From: Callorhinchus milii
Lineage: Eukaryota
Reading direction: 5' to 3'
Assembly (NCBI RefSeq): GCF_018977255.1
Contig: NW_024704743.1
Span: forward strand, 16,184,001-16,248,000
Length of the DNA stretch: 64,000 nucleotides
Part shown: positions 36,626-50,838 of the stretch, in pieces
Numbering within the stretch: the stretch's first letter is position 1
How the letters are laid out: each line of letters opens with the position of its first letter
Notes under the pieces: model-generated
Seen by the model: only the letters and a program-made list of their open reading frames with translations
Database searches by the model: none
What the model was told of the DNA's origin: nothing
Made by a program: the position numbers and the translations under genes

Positions 36626-39600
36626 TGAGTTAATGAGTTAAACAGATCTCTGGTAATGAATGACAATGAGGTAAGCACATGGACCCTTGGATATGTCATT
36701 GAGACTCTGATTTAGAAACAGCAACAAATTATATTTATATATATTATATATATATTTATCTAGTGCCTTTCATGTCGGGAGGACGTCTCAAAGCACTTCA
36801 CCCAACTGGGCTGGGGGAAAGCTGAGGATGTGGGTGTGGATACTATGTACTAAAAATTCTGTGTAAATTAAAATCCTCCTAATCTCTCCCTTTGCTTTCT
36901 TTCTAACTATTTAAATTGATGCCCTGACTCACTGGCCAGTGGAAATTTCTCCCTACCGACTCTATCAAAACTTCATAATTTGAAAGTACTCTATCAGGTT
37001 TTCCCTCAATCTTCTGTTTCTCTATAAGGGTCCAGTTTCTCTAGTCTCTGCTCATACGTCAAACCACTCACCGTTAGTATCATCCTGGTAAATCTCCTCT
37101 CCATCCTCTCTATGGCCTTCACATTCTGCCTACAATGGGGTGACGAAAATCCCTGTCCTCTCCTCAAATATATCTGCAAAAAACACTCACCACAGAGGAC
37201 TATAACTCACTGGGCTCATGGCTTAAACCATGTCATGAGAATCCATCTTCTGATACAAGCAAGGATGATGAAGATAACTATGGACTCACAAGATCAGTTC
37301 AGATAAAGAAGGCCCATTTAATCTCATCCTTCCAGAACACTCACCCTACCATCCTCCTGTCAGAGCCTCAAGCTTTTTTTTAAAACTGAGTCAAGTGTCC
37401 TGGTTTCAACCACCCTTTCTGGCAACCTGTTCCAGTTATTACCCTCTGGGTAATGAAACACTTCCTGGTGTCTGTCCTGAAATTGCCCATTGCAACTCTA
37501 AACCCATGTCCGCTTGTTCTAATGTCTTGGTGCAACCTAAAGTATTGTTCTGAGTTTATCTTTTTTCGACTCAGGAAATAAAGGGCTGTTGAAGAACTCG
37601 GTTTGTTTCATTGAAGGTGCGGCAGTAGGAAGAAGAGATCCTATTCTCCAAACTTCTCCCTTTTCCTCACTTCTTAAGTGAGGGAAAGTTGAAATAGCTT
37701 GTGCATATACTCTCTTCAAAGTGGTGATTCAAATAAATATCCAGCCAGACTACCTATTTGATCTAGAATCAGAGGGATCCCATACAGCAAGAAATACTAC
37801 CCCCAGTTTTGGCACAGAGGGCAAATCTCTGATTTATTAAGCAGATTGAATCAAAGGTTTTGCTTGCATTCAGGTTGAGATTTAAAACTGCCCCCAGCAA
37901 TTGGATTTTTAACATGTCCTGTTGATCAGTTATCAGCTTGAGGGCGAAGGGACATGAATTGCAAATTCTCCCTGCAGAAATACTCGAGCAACTTCATGAG
38001 ACACAATAAGGAAGAATGTTATAGAGACCACTGTGCCGAGACTGGGAGTAGGAAGGTCTTGATGTGATGGATTATGAGCTCTGTGAACATTGACAACCCT
38101 GATGCTCTGACACAGAGCTTCAGAGGGATCTCCTGAATGCTTGAGAAAAAGAACTAGGAGGCTTTGAAACTGAGTAAAATGAAAATAAGGAAAGGTTGAA
38201 ATAAAAACGGTGTCTCTCCTTAGAATGTAGAGTTGATAAATTGAACTCCAAGCACAGAAAAGAGTCTAATTGGGATCTGTCTATGTAACCGGCAACACTG
38301 TTACTGAGATCTGTCTGATTCTGTCCTGAAGGGGATCTGACCAGCCAGCCAGTCAGTCATCATGTTGAAGATTAAATTCAGAACTTATGGTTATGTGGTG
38401 AAGATCCTCACCACTAGAGGTATTGTAAAATAAACTGCTGTCACCACCTATGCCAGATTCTCAAAGATAGGGAATAACTTCTAATGTTAGTAAATGACAA
38501 TTTTCAAAGGCCAAAGCCCTTGATGGTATTCATACATTCAAATCCCTCCATCGTCTCCCCACACGCTATCTCTGTGACTTCCTTAAGCCACACCATTCTG
38601 GCCGCTCACTTTGTTCAATTGGTGATTGAGCTTTCAGTCATTCTGCCCTGATCTGCGGAACTCCATCAGAGTCTCTCTAACTTGCTCCCTCCACCTCGCC
38701 TCGATAGAGAAGCTACCCCACATGAAGGGCGCTATATAAATCCAATTTGTTGTTAAGGCATGTCTCAAAAGGCACCGTTTTGAATTGGCTTTCAGTTATC
38801 CTTCACCTCCCACCTCCTCGTTGAGTGCCCAACCAGCATTGTCAAGCACTTTACGATATCCTCCCAATGCGAAAGGCACTATATAAATGTAAATTTTATT
38901 GTATGTGTGTGCCCTGATTTCAATTAGAAAGTTGGCCGCAGCAAATAAGTGTGCTTCGGACCACAAACAAAATGAGAATGAGATGAACCACTGTAGTCCA
39001 GCCCATGGGTGGCCTTGTCTAAATGTTTGAGAGATCAAAAAAAAATGCTGCTTCAGAGAATTGCTGGAAGATTATGACTTCATAGAGACTGGGTATCCCT
39101 TCTTCTGTCTCTTGTTCTTTGTAGAGATGGGTTAACCCGATAGGCTATTTTCTCTTTGACCGAAGAAATATTTTTGAGACCAGATCAAATTATTATCCTT
39201 GATCTTGAAGGTGGTTCTTTTCTAGCTACACCTCTTGTCCCAGGCTTCAATGGTTGGTTAGTTCCACTGCTGATCACAGCTTGGAACCCAATAGGACATC
39301 TTCCCGAAGTGAAAGGTGATATATAAATGCAAGTTGTTTTTCTTGCTGGGAACTGGAGAGCTTTGAGAATGGACAGAATCTGAATAGACCATTGTAGTTC
39401 ATCTGGACGGTCCAGAAGAAAATAAAAAGGAACGTAATAAAAAATGTATTTAAGAATCAATACTACTTGTGGTAAGAATTGCGACGGCTCTCACCCCTTG
39501 ATGTACGTGCAAATTTTATTAACGGTTTTGTACTAAGTGACCTCTGCTTCTCTCCTAACCCTGTGGGTGTGAGTCCCTATTTCAATGGTGAGTCAACCAA

Positions 39601-39929
39601 ATTAGAGTCAAACACAGGTTTTCCCAGTTAACCCCAATGTTCGGTAACTGGAATGTCTAATCGGAGACTGCTCGCACTAGTAGACCTCCCATGTTGACAA
39701 CTACCCTCTGAAGTGCTTACTCCTTTTCTTGTCTAGAATACTAGAGACTTGAGAATACATTCGGTAGAAACAACAATTCGTTATTAAAACCTAACAACCC
39801 TTGGCTATCTTGCATGTAGGGAACACAACAATGGGAACAAACATAACAATCACACGTACCTATAACAACTGGCAGCACAATACCACATTAATAAAGAAAT
39901 ATAAAACCAACCCTGACTGTATAGTAGTC

Positions 39930-41030
39930 CTGCACACACACAGGGAGGTTGAGGAGTTTAGATCCACAAGAGTGAAGACGTTGACGGGAACCAAGGAGTA
40001 TGGCTTCCATCTTGTCCATATTCAGCTGCAGGATGTTTACACTCATCCAGGCCTTGATGCCTGCCAGACAAGCTGATAGATCATCAGCAGACCTGGAGTT
40101 GGTACTTGAGGAGGCAAAGTAGATTTGTGTGTCATCTGCATACATGTGGAAGTTTACCCATGTCTGCGGATGACATTGCCTAGAGGGAGCATATAGATAA
40201 GGAAAAGAAGAGGGCCAAGGATGGAGCCCTGGGGTACCCTGCAGGTGACCTAGCGTGGGCGGGAGAAGAAACCATTTGCCGAGATGAAATGGAGGCGGTT
40301 GGTTAAGTAGGACTTGAACCATGTGAGTGCGGTCTCACTAAGGTGGATGAGGGAGGAGAGCTGATGGAGGAGGTTTGGCATGATCGACTGTGTGGAAACG
40401 CGGCAGAGACCCAGAAGGATGAGGAGGCAGAAGGAGCCCTGGTCACAGATAGAGAAGACGTTATTTGTGACTTTGACAAGCGCTGTTTCTGTGCTGTGGG
40501 CAGGGCAAAAACCAGACTGCAGGGGCTCGAGGAGGGAGTAGAGGGAGAGGTGTGACCGAAGTTGACCTGCAACAATGCATTCTAGGAATTTGGCAAGGAA
40601 GGATAGGTTGGAGATGTGATGGTAGTGTGAAAGATTAGAGAGATCGAAGGTGGAGTTTTTGAGGAGGGGTGTGATGACAATGGTTTTCAGGGGGAGTGGA
40701 ACAGAGCCTGAGGAGAGAGACTGGTTGACCTTGTCGGCCAGCAGAGGGGAGAGAAGGAAGAGTTGAGTGACGAACAGCTGGGTGGGGAGGGCTCGAGGCA
40801 GCAGGTGGTAAACTTCATGCAGGTGATCGTACTTGGGAGGGAGAAATGGGGACAAAGGAGTGTACGGAGGGAGGAGTGGCAGGAGCCGCGGCGAAGGGAG
40901 AAGGTGGTGTGGATTGTCTGGGTGGAATGGAAGGGGACATGGTGGGAAGGAACGATGCAGCCAACATCCTTGAGGTGAAGCAGTCTAGGACCTCTTTGCA
41001 CTTGGCATTTGATGTGAGGATAGAGGGGGC
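39930..41030 (-). mobile_element. L2 LINE internal RT fragment
   Basis: Minus-strand ORFs contain QSGF..AHSTETALVKVTN and FHMYADDTQIY. Confidence 0.9.
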
Positions 41031-41509
41031 TTGAGAAAATTAGACTGGAAATTTTGCTAGCTTACTGAAAATTACAGAGCCTGTGATATTTCTGGAGAAT
41101 GGTAAGCACTTTACACCATAAGAGAGAAATAATGTCATGGCTAAAAGCATGTTTTAAGAAAACCTAAAGATTCCAACCTTATGTTGTATTTGACAAGGAA
41201 AACTGAAATTGTTGCCTTTAAACTATCACCATAAGTTTCAATATTTTATTACCTTTGGGAGTCTGGGGAGTGTGGGGAAAGAGGGATCAGAGAGGGTAGG
41301 AGGGTGATAAAGATACTTGTAGTATTTGTTCTCCTTTGCATTAGGCAAAATTATCCTCAAAAGGTGTTTAGAGTTAGTACTTTATGAAATTATCGACATG
41401 ATTCCAATTATGCAGTGATTTCTAATGGGAATCAAGAAACACATGTAGTGGTGACCTGCTCTGACACATCTACTTTTGGCAAGACATGAGGTGCTTGATC
41501 TGATCTACT

Positions 41510-41900
41510 TGATATCCTTCTTCTGCCATGTCTCCCGCTTCCCACCAAACCTCACATCTAATGCAGCTAAAACCCTTATCCACACATTGTCACCTTCCAC
41601 CTCGATTTTTCCAATGCCCTCTTTGCTGGTTTTCCCAGCTCCACCACCCGTAAAGTCCAATTCATTAAAAATCCACCTCCGTACCCTCACCCACACTAAA
41701 CTCAGCACCCCCATCAGCTCAGTCCTTGCGAGGCTCCACTGGCTCACTGTTACAGAGTGGATTGATTTCCAGATCCTCACTCTCACATACAAATCACGTC
41801 ATACCCTGGCACTCCATGCCTCTCTGACCTGCTTTACCCCACTCCTCTGCCTGCTGCCTTATCTTAGCTGGCAGCAACCTCTGCACACCCTTCATTCCCT
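41510..41900 (+). mobile_element. Decayed L2 C-terminal fragment
   Basis: AAKTLIH, ISSVLARLHWL, IDFQILTLTYK in ORF 41476-41913. Confidence 0.75.
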
Positions 41901-42399
41901 TCACTCCGCATAATTGCAGGTTGTTGTTGGTTGCTGGAAGAGATCTGTGCTCTGATTCCTGAACAAGGAATCCTGCTCAAAATCACTGCACCTCAGATCC
42001 CAAGATATTGCTTTAAACATTTGCCATATTTAGGCAATGTATAAATCACAGCTAAACATATTTGTATGTTGTTCTTTATGCAGTAATAGATTTTTCATTG
42101 ATTTACATTTGTCATGTTGGCATTTCCCACAAACTCAGCTTATAGTCTCCCAACACTTGCTCAAAGCTGCACTGAAGCATGATCACTAGTACATGAAAGC
42201 AGCAGAGAACATGCATCAAATTGACATAAACTATGTAGATGCAGTGTATCATTATACATCTAAATGAGCTTCTCCATGTTATTCTGGAAAGACAGATGTT
42301 AAATAAACATTACATAAACATCACTTACCGATTTTAAGTTGAATAATTTAAAGTATATTCCATTTAGTGAAACGGAGAAACATGTTGAGACTTAAGAGC

Positions 42400-44200
42400 A
42401 GAGTGGTTAAGGAAGTCAGAAGGAATATAATAACATGCAGAAATATTTGAGAAGATACAAAGAAGCAAGAGTAGTGAGGGCTGGGATTCACACAAAAGGC
42501 ATTTGAGGCGAGCTGAGTTAAAGTATTAGAAATAGTAAGAGACCATTGGAGAGGCAAATAATAAATAGCAGCGAGAAGGACCCATTAAGGGGATAAATTG
42601 GGTAGACCATTACAGATGACTTAGATATATTGAATAGATTTTTCACTTCAGTCTTCACAAAAAAGTGCAGGAAATCCCAGATATAGTTAACATGGTTAAG
42701 GAATTCTTAACATGTTTGAAAGTTAGCGAAGCATCGATGCGCAATCTTTTTCAATAGAGATAACTTTCCAGTTGTACGCTTGGAGCTCCTAAAGATATCA
42801 ACCCGAGTAACACTAATTTACTTCTGTTATTGCATCCAAAGTACAGAAATTTGAAGGATGTAAACATCTACAAGGCATTTGGACTAAATTGGATTAATTT
42901 TCAAATCGTTAAGGAATTGTAGGTGTAAATTAGTGATTCTCTGCTGATATTTTTAGGAGTTTCACCGATGCTACAGTAGTGTCAGAGGATAGCAAAAGGT
43001 AACTAAGTATTCAAGAGTACGGTACAGATATGGCTATTACAGCCTGGTAGACTAATATCCATAATCAGAAAGATACATTTGAACAAAAAGTTGAAAATCA
43101 TCTAAAGAGTAATGACATTATAAGGGCCAGCCAAAATGGATTAAGGAGCAAAAGGTCAAGTCTTATAAGAAACAGCCCTCGTTAGTCACTCTCTCTCTCT
43201 CTCTCTCTCTCTGCCATCAGGGTCCCCTCTATCTTTTTCTTCTTGACCTCTTGGCTTTTTGTGCCACTGTTGACTACTCCATCTTCCTCGCTCTCATCTC
43301 TTCCCTCATCCACCTCAATGGGACCTCTCTCCCCTGGTTCAAATTCTATCTGAGCCACCACCTCCACTTTGTCTCCTCTAATGGTTTCTCGTATGCTCCC
43401 ACTTGGCAACATCATCAGCAAACATAGGTTTAACTTCCTCATGAATGTGGAGGACAATCCAAATCTACTTTTCTGTTGCTTCCAGGTCTATTGATCTTCT
43501 GATTTGGAAGATCCTCGCCCTCCCTGTAAATCCCTTCGTGCCCTAGCACTTTCTTATCGCCTTGATCTTCCCTTACCCATCTCTCTGTTTTCCCCTCCCT
43601 CCCCTCTGGCTCTCACCCTCTGTATCTTTCTTTAAGTCACTTGTTAAAACCTAACTCTTTGACCGCACCTATGACGACCTTCTCCATCCCCGTTTCCCTC
43701 GCCCCTGCTTGATGTCTGACTCCCTATCTTTGTCCCATGCTCTGTGACTTTACCTTTCATGAAGGGCACTATATAAATACAGGTTGTTGTCATGGCTGCT
43801 TCTGCCCTCAGTCATCCTTAGAATGGATGTTTGAACCCTCAGTGATCATCTCATTTCTTACTCGGTATCCATTGCTCACATTGTTAATCACTGAGAGATT
43901 CTTTTATGTAAAATGGTGCTATATAAATGCACATTATTGTTAAGGCCAGTGGAATCCATCATTCAGATGGATTGAAAATTGGCTTCGCAATGGGAGACAG
44001 AGATTGGTGATGAAAAGAAAATTTGGTAAGCAGTGAACTTCCACAGGCATCTGCCTTAGGTCTCCTGCTGTTCAGACTATTTGGAAATGATACGGAGCTG
44101 GGAACCTGCACGACTAATATAAGATTTGCTGATGGCGTGAAGCTATGCGGCTTGGCTGGTGAGTAGAAAAGAGATTCAAGATATCAGGCAGATTGGGATC
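42400..44200 (+). mobile_element. Old CR1 RT remnant (about 42400-43170 and 43940-44200) split by an L2 fragment
   Basis: Decayed LN.FF.SVFT and SQ.G...RS-like codons on the left; WIENWL..RQR, PQ.S.LG.LLF and FAD-like codons on the right. Confidence 0.6.
43215..43790 (+). mobile_element. Decayed, internally deleted L2 fragment
   Basis: Similar to 26750-27080 and to the L2 3' end; finishes gaagggcactatataaatacaggttgttgt. Confidence 0.7.
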
Positions 44201-47200
44201 AATTAACAGATGATCTGAGAAAAGATTGATAGTTGTTATGCTGCATTTACACTGCCAGGAGCAAATCTACTTTACACCCAACAGTGCAATGATGGGAAAC
44301 GGAAAGCCCATTGTGAATATCATAAATCAGCCCCAATAAATTCCAATCACTAAGAGAAATTGACTTTTTCATCCTTTCTCTGTAACTTTATTCTTCCCAC
44401 TCTCCGATACATTTCCACCCCACTTGGTTTCCTTATTGAGGAATTCTGGAACACCCTACCCCCCATTTTGATATTGCATTACATTTGGATGACATGTTGC
44501 TCTACGGCCTTTTTTGAACGACTTTACTCTGTTGGGAAACTTGCTCTGCATTGACTCCTTCCGGAGTCTGATCTACAGTGAGTAAAACAGGCAAAAGTAT
44601 CAAATGCATTAAAAGATTGATGGATTAGCTACAAGAGCTTCAAGCTCACTTACTCAGTGTGCTGAGAGCAGGGGCTGGCAGTATAATTTCTGTGCTCTGA
44701 GTCGCCATCCGCATGAAGGGCGCTATATAAATGCAAGTTGTTATTGTTGGTGTTCTTATAATTAACTTAGGTGTGAGAGATTTGAGATCATGCAGAATGG
44801 ATCGCCAAAGTAGAACACCAATTTACAAAAAGCAAGATTACCAATACAAGCTGGTGCAAGAAGCGAACTCTGGTCCTGATATCTCACATCTTGATACTGA
44901 CCCTGGATACCATGGAGCCCTGGTGTCCTATGTCATCGAATGGCCTACTCCTGCTCCTACATGTTACGTTATGTTAAGTCAGAGATGGTTGTCTTCAGGT
45001 GAGAGGTCAAAACGAGGTCTGCTGAAATAGGTCATTATTAAAGATCCGGTGACACTATTCAAAATGAGAAGGAAGTTTCTCCTGTGGTCCTGGCATACAA
45101 TCCTCTAGCTAAATTGATCAATTGTTTCATGACTGTTTATAGGACCTTGCTGTGCAAAACAATGGCTCCCTTGTTTGTGTGCAAAAACACAGACACTACA
45201 CTTGACAGCAGTTCATTTAGGTGTATTAGCTTTATATACTACATCAAATGCAACAATTCTTACAATGTTATTTTTAAAACTTTACGTTACAGTAAATCTT
45301 GTAAAGCACTTTGAGAAATCCTCCTGATGTGAAATGTACTATATCAAATGCAAGGATTATTTTACTTATTATAATACCTGGGACTTTAATCTTCACAAAA
45401 AGACTGTTTTATGGCACTACTATCTGATGGTCCACATGTATAACATCGACTCTTTTCATTTATTTACTTATAACAATAAATATACAAAACATTTTCTTTT
45501 CCTTCCTTTGAAATATTGACTAAATTGGTCAAACAGAATCTGTCCTTTTCAAATCAATATTTATTTCCCTTGATTAGCTTTTTATACCTTTCTAAATGTT
45601 TGCTAATGTTAGCTCTTATTATGGTCGCTATCAGTTTAACCATCTCTGATAGAAGACTGAGTGACTGCTCTATCTGTTTCCCCTGTTTTGGACAGAGGTG
45701 TAACATCTGTCCTTTGCTGCCATTTTCTATTTTAAAAGAACTGAGTGTAAAGGATTATTGACTGGGACTAAAAGCACAGGTAATATAAGAAGGAAAGGAG
45801 TCATGATGAAGAGTTTGCTTCTGTGTGGAAGATTGGATTTAATGATAACTGAGTGCACAGCACTTAGATGTTATTTGTAGCTAGCAATCTGAATAGGAAT
45901 TGATGCCCTTTTTTCCAAAGGACTGCAAGAAATTCCTCATTTCAGGAATTAATGTGTGCTTTCAAATACCTGGTAAAAGCCTTTTCCTTCTTTGTGTTGC
46001 ATTGTCAAATAGGTATATTTGAAAATAAATGTTATAAGACAGAAATATATCTGTTGGCTTTGATCCTGTTCAAGTGCCTAAAATATTACAATGCATTTGC
46101 TATTATGGATTTGTTGATCCTTTTAATGTAATGTTCATTGCAATGTAAATTGCACCTTAGTTTCTGTCAATTTTATAAAACAAGGTAATTTGCAAACTTC
46201 ATTGTATTATCTCTATCATTAAAGAGTTTAATTTAGAATCCGCTTTAATTTTCTAACTGCATATTGGAAACTGAACATAGTGTAATTATCTAATTCAGTG
46301 GAAGTTTGCTTTTAGGAAAGATCGCTGCTCACTTTTGGTGCAGGAGGCTGTAATAGAAAGATTAAGTATGTTTGTCTCAACTTACGCTGAAAAAGTCTTC
46401 TCATTGACTTCTTTTGATGATAGTTTCACTGCAGGAGTGAGTGGTTTAATATTGTCTTTGCATTTCTACCTCTTTCTCATTTCTGTATTTTCTCCCCCAC
46501 CCAATCTTCCTTGGTTGAGCAAGCCGCTTGCTTTGTCCCGGTGACATTTCCATTGACACCATCAATACAATTCCTCGGTTGATCAACCAGAAACCATACT
46601 TCAGCAGAGCAGGAAGGGACCTGCCCCTCCTCCTCTCCTTTCTGCCCACGCCAATATGACTAAGACAGGTGAAACATGCTCTCCAGGGAAAGTCAGTGTG
46701 TCACTGACAGACAGACTGGGATTTGGTCTGTTCAGGTCTCTAATGCTTGAGTTACCAGGTAGCTCCCAGTTTCTATTGCAATAATCTGTTTGTCAGTCGA
46801 AGTATTGTGTCCTTTCCCCTGATGGTGCAGCATAACAGTTTCATAACGACATTAGAAATTAAATTGGAAATCAAATATGTGTTTCTAACATTATTAGAGA
46901 TTAGTGGCTTTTGCATTAAGGAAAAAAGCACAAGCACTGTGAAAGAAACAATAGTAAAGTTAGATACAGATTCAAGATTCTAATAGCACCATCCAGCAAA
47001 TAACAGGGAGTAGAAAAAAGTGCAGAGACTTATCAAACACACAAGAATGAAGAGCTTTGCAAGGCTAGAACCTAGATTTATCAATAGAACCCAGGAATTT
47101 GGATTCAATGTCTATCAACAACAACAAGCCCCTACACAACATCTCCAGAGACTGAGTTCATACTTATGGTATGGTAAGGGCTGTAGTGGTGTGTTCACCT

Positions 47201-47893
47201 GTAGGTTTGGCCTGGACGAGACATATATTTCTCTCTATATATATAGAGAGAGGAAAAAGCTTCCACACTTAAAGGAAAACACAATTTTGTAAGTTGCAAG
47301 ATATGCCCACTGCTTCTAAGGTGAGTTTTGAGAATTCTAGCACGAAATGTAAGAGGTGTTAAAGCTCGCTTGCCTTAACATAGACACCGAGTGCAACATT
47401 TGCAGAGTAACGTTACTTTGGGTCATAATTAAGCAGGTTTAAGGTTTTGATGGCACTATCATATTTTCTCTCATGGCAAAAAATAGCTTATGGAATATAT
47501 TTTTTTAAAAAGCGCTGCTTAACTCTTAAAATTCCACCAATAACTCTTTTGCCATCCTCATGGGATTTAGGCCCATAATGTGCGATCCCCAGCCCACTGC
47601 TTCAGCTCTGATGAAAGACTAAATCCAAAACAAAGCTATCCAAAATGTTAATGTTTCTCTTCTACTGATTTCCAGACTCTCTGTGTTTACTAAAGAATTC
47701 TAGCATCTGCAGGTTTTTATTTCCATCTGTACTGTCCATTCCCCTCAATATTTGAATGATCCTAATCTTGTCCCACTCAATCCTTTTTTGCTTCATACAA
47801 AGCCAACTTCAACTTGTGCCTCCCCTCATAACAGAGAGCCATACATCCAAGAGCCACCAACATCATTTCTGATTGATTCTGAGAAGATTACAA

Positions 47894-48085
47894 AAGGCAA
47901 AATACTGCAGATGCTGGAAATCTAAAATAAAAGCAGAAGTCGCTGGAAACACTCAGCAAGTCAGGCAGCATCTATGGAGAGAGAAAAGTGAGTTAAACTT
48001 TCAGGTCGATGACCTTTCGTCAGAACTGGGGGATGTTGAAAGGGAGCAGTTTATAAGGTCAGCGGAGAAGGTTTATAAAGACAAG
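47894..48085 (-). mobile_element. 192-bp Penelope-like terminal-repeat fragment flanked by a 15-bp direct repeat
   Basis: ctgagaagattacaa at 47879-47893 and 48086-48100; the interior resembles a common chondrichthyan repeat that I associate with Penelope-like elements (family assignment from memory). Confidence 0.65.
47991..48027 (-). ncRNA. Minimal hammerhead-ribozyme-like motif
   Basis: Minus strand AGTT-CTGACGA-A-AGGTC-ATC-GACCT-GAAA-GTTT-AACT: core boxes CUGANGA and GAAA, 5-bp stem II, 4-bp stem I, vestigial stem III. Confidence 0.55.
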
Positions 48086-50511
48086 CTGAGAAGATTACAA
48101 TAGTTTGTTTCAACTCCCATTGAAATCCCCTAGGAACATAAACTAGTATTTAATTAGTTTTGTTGTTAACAGCTTCACACTGACTGCAACCTTCAGTGAA
48201 TAATCAATAGTTACACCCACATTTTTTTCCTTCTGTACAGTGTATACTTTACCTCACACTTATCTACATTATAATCCACTTGCCATCTCTTAACCCATAG
48301 GCTTAATTGTCTAGCGAGATTCACGAGAGATATTCAGATTCAATCTATTTCCTGCTTAAGTAGGGTTTCCACTGGTATTGCCTTGTACTCCATAGCAGAG
48401 GGCAGTGCAGGCGATGTCTGTTCCATTTCATTAATCATATGGGATGTGTCCTCGCTCATCCATGTGTTGACTTCATTCAAATGGCCCGTATCACTTACCA
48501 ATATTCCATTACTTGGAACTATATTGTTTCTATGGTTACCAACAAGCCCACTATGGCTCTGAATATAGTAAGATAGTTGACGTGTGGAGGTTTTTTAACT
48601 GTTGCACTTTGCAATGTCCTGCTTGTGCATCGGTGTTTCTCTAGATCATAGCAGCCATATTGAGTTTCTTAGTTGGTGATTTCTTTTTCTCAGTGTCAGA
48701 AACTTGTGAGTTCAGGCCCCAAGTCAAAACTGGAGCTCATAGACTCCCCTTTACTGGGGAAGTGTTGCATTTTTTAAGGTACCATCTCTCAGATGTGAAG
48801 TTAAACCTAGGTTCTGTCAACTGTTATTCAGTTGAGTGTTAAAGATCTTATGATATTATGCCCAACAATTTTCCAGCTAAATTGGACATTCATCTTGGGG
48901 ACTTTGCTGGCACAAACAGCTGAAGGTTTGTCTTCAAATCTAGTCTTTGATGACTGATGTGAAAGCTTCTTCTACAAATTAGGCTACGGTGTCTCTCCAC
49001 TGTAATGTCCACCACAGGACTTTCACAAAGTTTTCATTCAGCCATTTCACCGTTAGTATTTCTGGGTGTTCAGCTATGTAGTTCAACTAGCTCATTCAGA
49101 CATTATTACAGGCATGGCACTAACTGAAGAAATCTTCAAGGGCTCTTATTTGTGGTTTTTCACAATGGGATCCCTCAATAAAAAAATCCTGTTAGAATTC
49201 TCATTGAGCCAAGCAATCTCCACTTTGGTAAGGTCATATTGGGAGCAGAGTTTCTGTAGGTCATTTCCCTGGATTCTCCATTCACTCTGTTGGTGGCACT
49301 CTCATCTCTGGGTCAGAAGGTTGTGGCTTCAGGCCCCGTGGCAGGGCTGCAACTCATATTCTCCTCTTTCTGCAGACATTCTGCATGTTTTTGAGGTAAA
49401 GGCTTTCAGTTGAGATGTTAAGTCTAAGTCCTGTCTGCCTGGTCTTCAGGTGGGCGTTAAAGATCTCATGAACGAAAAACACCTTAATAAGAAATTCCTT
49501 ATTAAGAAATTTCGCAAAATTACAACCAACATTTCTTACATACAGAATTTCAGAATGTGGGACCTGATTGCTATTTCTTTCACCTTTCCTAAAAACGAAC
49601 GTTGACATGTTTCACGTTTTACTCCAGCTAGCTTTGTTTTTATAAAACTTAACCCGAAATAAAACACCAATTACTTTGAGCACCCGTTTCCGCTTTGTTT
49701 AACATAACAAAAAGAATCATCTGCTGAAAGTGCACAGTTAAACAAATATACCTGGCTCTTTTTATCGTAGCATTACCTTACAGTGCCTGAGAAAAATGAA
49801 TCTGCTTATCAACCATGTGCAGTCAGTAAGCTATTTACAACACACTGAGCACAATGCTATCATTATGATGCCAAGCATATGAAGATAGATTTGTAAGAAC
49901 TCTTAAGATAGTATTTTCATCCATTCTTTGATGTACAGTGGAAGCTTTGATAATGAAATCTCATTTGCCACAACATCTCACAGTCTCAGGAGCCGGCTGA
50001 TTGAACTGCAGAGGAATCATTACCCAGACATCAAATTAAAGAGAGACAGAGGAGAGAGAACTACATCAACATTTACAAAGCATACAAAATAGCGCGCTCA
50101 AAGCAGCTTAAAGCTGTAAAACTGTAGATTTTTGTGTTCAGAGGACTCCTTTATAACTATCTCCGATATATCTCGACTTCTGCTATTAGATGATATTACT
50201 CATCCAAAACTCTGTTGCCTGTATCCTCATACCACACTAAACTCTGCAACAACAACTTGCATTTATATAGCGCCTCTCACACAGGGTAGCGTCTCAGAAT
50301 GCACACCCATTGTCCCAGTCCTCGCCTGTCTCCCAGAGAATTGATTTAAAGGTTTTCAAGCTCATCTACAAATCCATCCAGTCCCTGGCACTTTCATTTT
50401 GCTCCGATTTCCTTCTATCCTACTCCTCCATCTGCTTCCTCTACTCAGCTAACTCAGACTTGCTGCTCTACCCGAGCCATCAGTTCCTGTACCCCTAATC
50501 TCTGGAACTCC

Positions 50512-50838
50512 TGTGGAGTCCTGTAGCTCAGTGGTTAGAGCACTCGCTTTGCAAGTGAGAGACCTGAGTTCAATTCCAGGCAGAGGGCGAAACCTTGGGC
50601 AAGTTTCCTTACTCCACACAGAGCCTAATAATAATCCCTCCAAAACCAAAAACAATAATATATTGGTCATTTTCAATCCACGACTGTTTGTGGGACATTG
50701 CTGTGCGCAATTGGCTGCCGCGTTCGCCCACAAATATACAGTCAATTCACTTTACAGTCTATTCTGTGAAGCGCTTTGGGACGTCCTCCCGACGTGAAAA
50801 GCGCTATATCAAATGCAAGGATTATTATTATTATTATT
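50512..50838 (+). mobile_element. SINE, short (young) subfamily, full length, with 6-bp TSD
   Basis: A-box TAGCTCAGTGG, B-box AGTTCAATTCC, (ATT)6 tail; aactcc at 50506-50511 and 50839-50844; inserted in a decayed L2 fragment. Confidence 0.92.

Noticed and set aside
39468..39900. Possible solo LTR
   Set aside because: It begins with TG and looks compositionally distinct, but I found no TSD, second copy or primer-binding site.
50512..50585. tRNA gene
   Set aside because: A and B boxes are present, but the sequence continues into a SINE body and tail and is repeated many times in the window; it is a SINE head.
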